From positions 96,001 through 160,000 of the forward strand of contig JAFWDK010000019.1 in NCBI GenBank assembly GCA_017513085.1: DNA of 64,000 bases. Reading direction: 5' to 3'. The stretch comes from Clostridiales bacterium. GTDB taxonomy: Bacteria > Bacillota > Clostridia > Saccharofermentanales > Saccharofermentanaceae. The position numbers were made by a program, and so were the translations under genes. Below are positions 61,237 through 64,000 of the stretch, piece after piece. Every line of letters begins with the position of its first letter. Position 1 is the stretch's first letter. Below the pieces are notes generated by a model. It saw only the letters and a list, made by a program, of their open reading frames with translations. It was not told where the DNA came from and did no database searches.

Positions 61237-63026
61237 GATTTTTCCTCTTTTTTCTCTTCCGAGTCTTCCTCTTTTCGGTCAGTCAGAAATACTTTTAAAG
61301 CAGTCTTCCTTTCATCCGAATATGGTCTGGCGACCATGCGTTCCACCGTTCGGGTATCGCCGAGTATCCAAAGTTCCTGTTTTGCTCTTGTCACTGCAGT
61401 ATAAAGGAGATTCCGGTTGAAGATCGGACCATATTCATCCGGTAGCACCAGAAGCACATACTTCCACTCTGCCCCTTGAGCTTTATGCACTGTCAGAGCA
61501 TAAGCCAGTTCCAGATCCTGAACATTCTTAAGCGGATAAGTAGTATACCTTCCATCGTCAAAACTCACATCCACGCCAAGATCGGAATACCGGTATATCT
61601 TGCGGATAAAACCGATATCCCCGTTAAAAACGCCATCGTTGGAACTCCCGTCCGCGTTGTAACAAGGCAGGCGGTAGTTGTTTTTTACCTGGATCACCCG
61701 ATCGTTCATAGCGAAAAATTTCTTCACATTCTCACTCGGAGAAAGCGCGACTCTTGCACCGTTTCGTCCCGAGTACTGCCGCTGAAGAAAATCATTGATG
61801 CTCTCCGTGCTGAGAGCTCCGTTCTTCTTCGGGCAAAGAATGGCCATATCGCGCCAGACATCCATATGAAGATCCGGATTCAATGATTTCACCCATTGAC
61901 TGATATGAAACATTACTTCATCTTTTTTGCACGGGATCAGATGGCAATCTGTTCCTTCCTCTTCCGTAAAGTCTAAAGGCATTCCATGAAGGATCAGCGA
62001 AGCGTTCTTCACGATCTTACTGTTCTGAAGCTGACGGAAATTCTCCACCAGGGTACACACCGTAACCAATTTAGAAGCAATCAGATCCGCTAAGATCCGT
62101 CCTGCTCCGACAGAAGGCAACTGGTGGGAATCTCCCACCATGATCACGATTGCTTTGTCGGAAATACCGGAAAGAAAAGCAGAAAAAACCGTGGCGTCGA
62201 TCATGCTGGCTTCATCGAGAATAAAAACTTTTCCCGGATGTTTATTATCCTCGTTGAAAAAGAACGTCGTTTCATCAGACTCCTCGTCATATTCCGCACC
62301 CAAAAGCCGATGGAGAGTCTGCGCATAAGAATGCGTCACCTCGGACAGACGCTTAGCTGCTTTGCCCGTAGGCGCCGCACAAAAGACATCATCCGGGAAC
62401 TGGTTGACATAGTACTGGTAAATGACTCGCAAAATCGTAGTCTTTCCGGTACCCGGACCGCCATCCACCACAACAAAACGTTGTTTGAGAACACGTCGGA
62501 CTACCTCTTCCTGTTCAGGTGAAAGGTGGAATGTCTCGTTGATCTGCGACCACTTCAAAGCACGTTCCAGAAGATCTTCATCGATCTTTCTTTCTCTCAG
62601 GTTCCAGTTCAGGATCCGATGCGCAATATCCGCTTCCGCGCAAACCGCCGTATAATCAGCTACCCACACGTCTTCCTTTGACTTCGCGGCTCTTTCAAGC
62701 GAAGAAAAAATATGAAGCCGTGATTTTTCCTTATTCCAGTAGCAAAGCGCCAGCAGCTTCTGATCGATCTGCTGAGCGATCCAGGCCGGCACGATGCTTT
62801 GAACAAAATTCTTCTTATACTCCCCGCACTCTGCAGTACCCTTAAATGAGCAAAAAGTGCAAGGCAAAGAAAAATCACACTGATTCAATGCCCGCCGCAG
62901 GATGGAAGATATTTCATTCTTCCAATCCTGAAGCCGCATGAATGTGTGACCGTTCTTATCAAGGACTCCTTGAAATGAGCGGAGCAATGAATCATTTACA
63001 AAATTTTCCAGGCATAACCCTTCCAT
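61233..63026 (-). CDS. recD2: RecD2-like SF1B helicase, N-terminally shortened
   Basis: GGPGTGKTT, APTGKAAKR, DEASM, GD..QLPSVG, YALTVHKAQGAE, LYTAVTRAK; ATG 63026 has RBS (alternative TTG 63044). Confidence 0.85.
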   Translation of the reverse strand: MEGLCLENFVNDSLLRSFQGVLDKNGHTFMRLQDWKNEISSILRRALNQCDFSLPCTFCSFKGTAECGEYKKNFVQSIVPAWIAQQIDQKLLALCYWNKEKSRLHIFSSLERAAKSKEDVWVADYTAVCAEADIAHRILNWNLRERKIDEDLLERALKWSQINETFHLSPEQEEVVRRVLKQRFVVVDGGPGTGKTTILRVIYQYYVNQFPDDVFCAAPTGKAAKRLSEVTHSYAQTLHRLLGAEYDEESDETTFFFNEDNKHPGKVFILDEASMIDATVFSAFLSGISDKAIVIMVGDSHQLPSVGAGRILADLIASKLVTVCTLVENFRQLQNSKIVKNASLILHGMPLDFTEEEGTDCHLIPCKKDEVMFHISQWVKSLNPDLHMDVWRDMAILCPKKNGALSTESINDFLQRQYSGRNGARVALSPSENVKKFFAMNDRVIQVKNNYRLPCYNADGSSNDGVFNGDIGFIRKIYRYSDLGVDVSFDDGRYTTYPLKNVQDLELAYALTVHKAQGAEWKYVLLVLPDEYGPIFNRNLLYTAVTRAKQELWILGDTRTVERMVARPYSDERKTALKVFLTDRKEEDSEEKKEEKS

Positions 63027-63091
63027 CGTTCCCTCACCATTCAAGAAACCTATGAGTCCGGCAAAAACCGGCTATTCTGCAGTTGTACTTC

Positions 63092-64000
63092 TCAGATTCC
63101 TGCCTTCTGACGGAGGATCTCCGCCTTGTCGGTCTTCTCCCACGGGAAGCCGGCATCGTCACGGCCAAAGTGACCATAAGCAGCTGTCGCTTTATAAATC
63201 GGTCGACGGAGGTCGAGATCACGGATAATGGCAGCCGGACGAAGATCAAAAGTCTCATTTACCAGCTCAGTAATCTTTTCGTCAGAAATCTTTCCTGTTC
63301 CAAACGTATCCACCATGATCGATACCGGACGGGCAACACCGATCGCATAGGCAAACTGGATCTCGCACTCTTCCGCAATACCGGAAGCCACGATATTCTT
63401 CGCAATGTAACGGGCTGCATATGCAGCGGAACGATCCACCTTCGTCGGATCTTTTCCTGAAAAAGCACCGCCGCCGTGACGGGCGTATCCACCATATGTA
63501 TCTACGATGATCTTTCTTCCGGTAAGACCACTGTCACCCTGCGGGCCGCCTACAACAAAACGTCCTGTCGGATTGATGTATATCTTTGTGTTCTCATCCA
63601 CATACTCTTTCGGGAGGATCGGGAAGATAACATGCTCCTTGATCTTCTCGGCCAGTTCTTCCTGGCTGACTGTATCAGAATGCTGGGAAGAGATGACAAC
63701 TGCTTCAATACGCTTCGGCACACGACCGTCATACTCAATGGTGACCTGGCTCTTTCCGTCCGGACGGAGGAAAGGAAGTGTGCCGTCTTTTCTGACCTGA
63801 GTCAGACGACGTGTCAGTTTATGTGCCAGCGAGATCGGCAACGGCATAAACTCAGGTGTATCGTTATTTGCATATCCGAACATCATGCCCTGGTCACCGG
63901 CACCGGTATCCAGTTCACTGTCATCAATATGTTCTCTTGCTTCCAAAGACTTATTTACGCCCTGAGCAATATCCGGAGACTGTTCATCGATTGAAGTCAG
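63092..64000 (-). CDS. metK: S-adenosylmethionine synthetase, 3' part (starts beyond window)
   Basis: [35 protein letters not shown]. Confidence 0.97.
   Translation of the reverse strand: MTSIDEQSPDIAQGVNKSLEAREHIDDSELDTGAGDQGMMFGYANNDTPEFMPLPISLAHKLTRRLTQVRKDGTLPFLRPDGKSQVTIEYDGRVPKRIEAVVISSQHSDTVSQEELAEKIKEHVIFPILPKEYVDENTKIYINPTGRFVVGGPQGDSGLTGRKIIVDTYGGYARHGGGAFSGKDPTKVDRSAAYAARYIAKNIVASGIAEECEIQFAYAIGVARPVSIMVDTFGTGKISDEKITELVNETFDLRPAAIIRDLDLRRPIYKATAAYGHFGRDDAGFPWEKTDKAEILRQKAGI

Overview
Chromosomal backbone of a low/mid-GC Firmicute. Class Clostridia is inferred from the gene order tmk-darA-holB, cysS-mrnC-rlmB and metK-recD2-comF. Most genes lie on the minus strand. The window holds about 60 CDS: folate pathway, chvE-type sugar ABC transporter, ppk/ppx, leuCDB, fba, valS, clpX, tig, cysS, partial metK and others. 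It also has two tRNAs (Gln-CUG, Arg-ACG) and a 6S RNA. No integrase, transposase, prophage or CRISPR array was seen. The best candidate for an undescribed system is a tightly packed operon in which a catalytically degenerate sialate-O-acetylesterase-like protein (long acidic insert, C-terminal CBM-like domain) and an AraC regulator head folE-folP-folB-folK. Other notable items are a membrane protein with an HPD-less J-like domain after a Galf glycosylation cassette, three BcrA-type ABC modules nested between a split response regulator/kinase pair, tig-clpX without clpP, a shortened RecD2 with a Cys4 N-terminus, and no recognisable T-box ahead of valS or cysS. All calls come from motif recognition by eye; no database searches were run.
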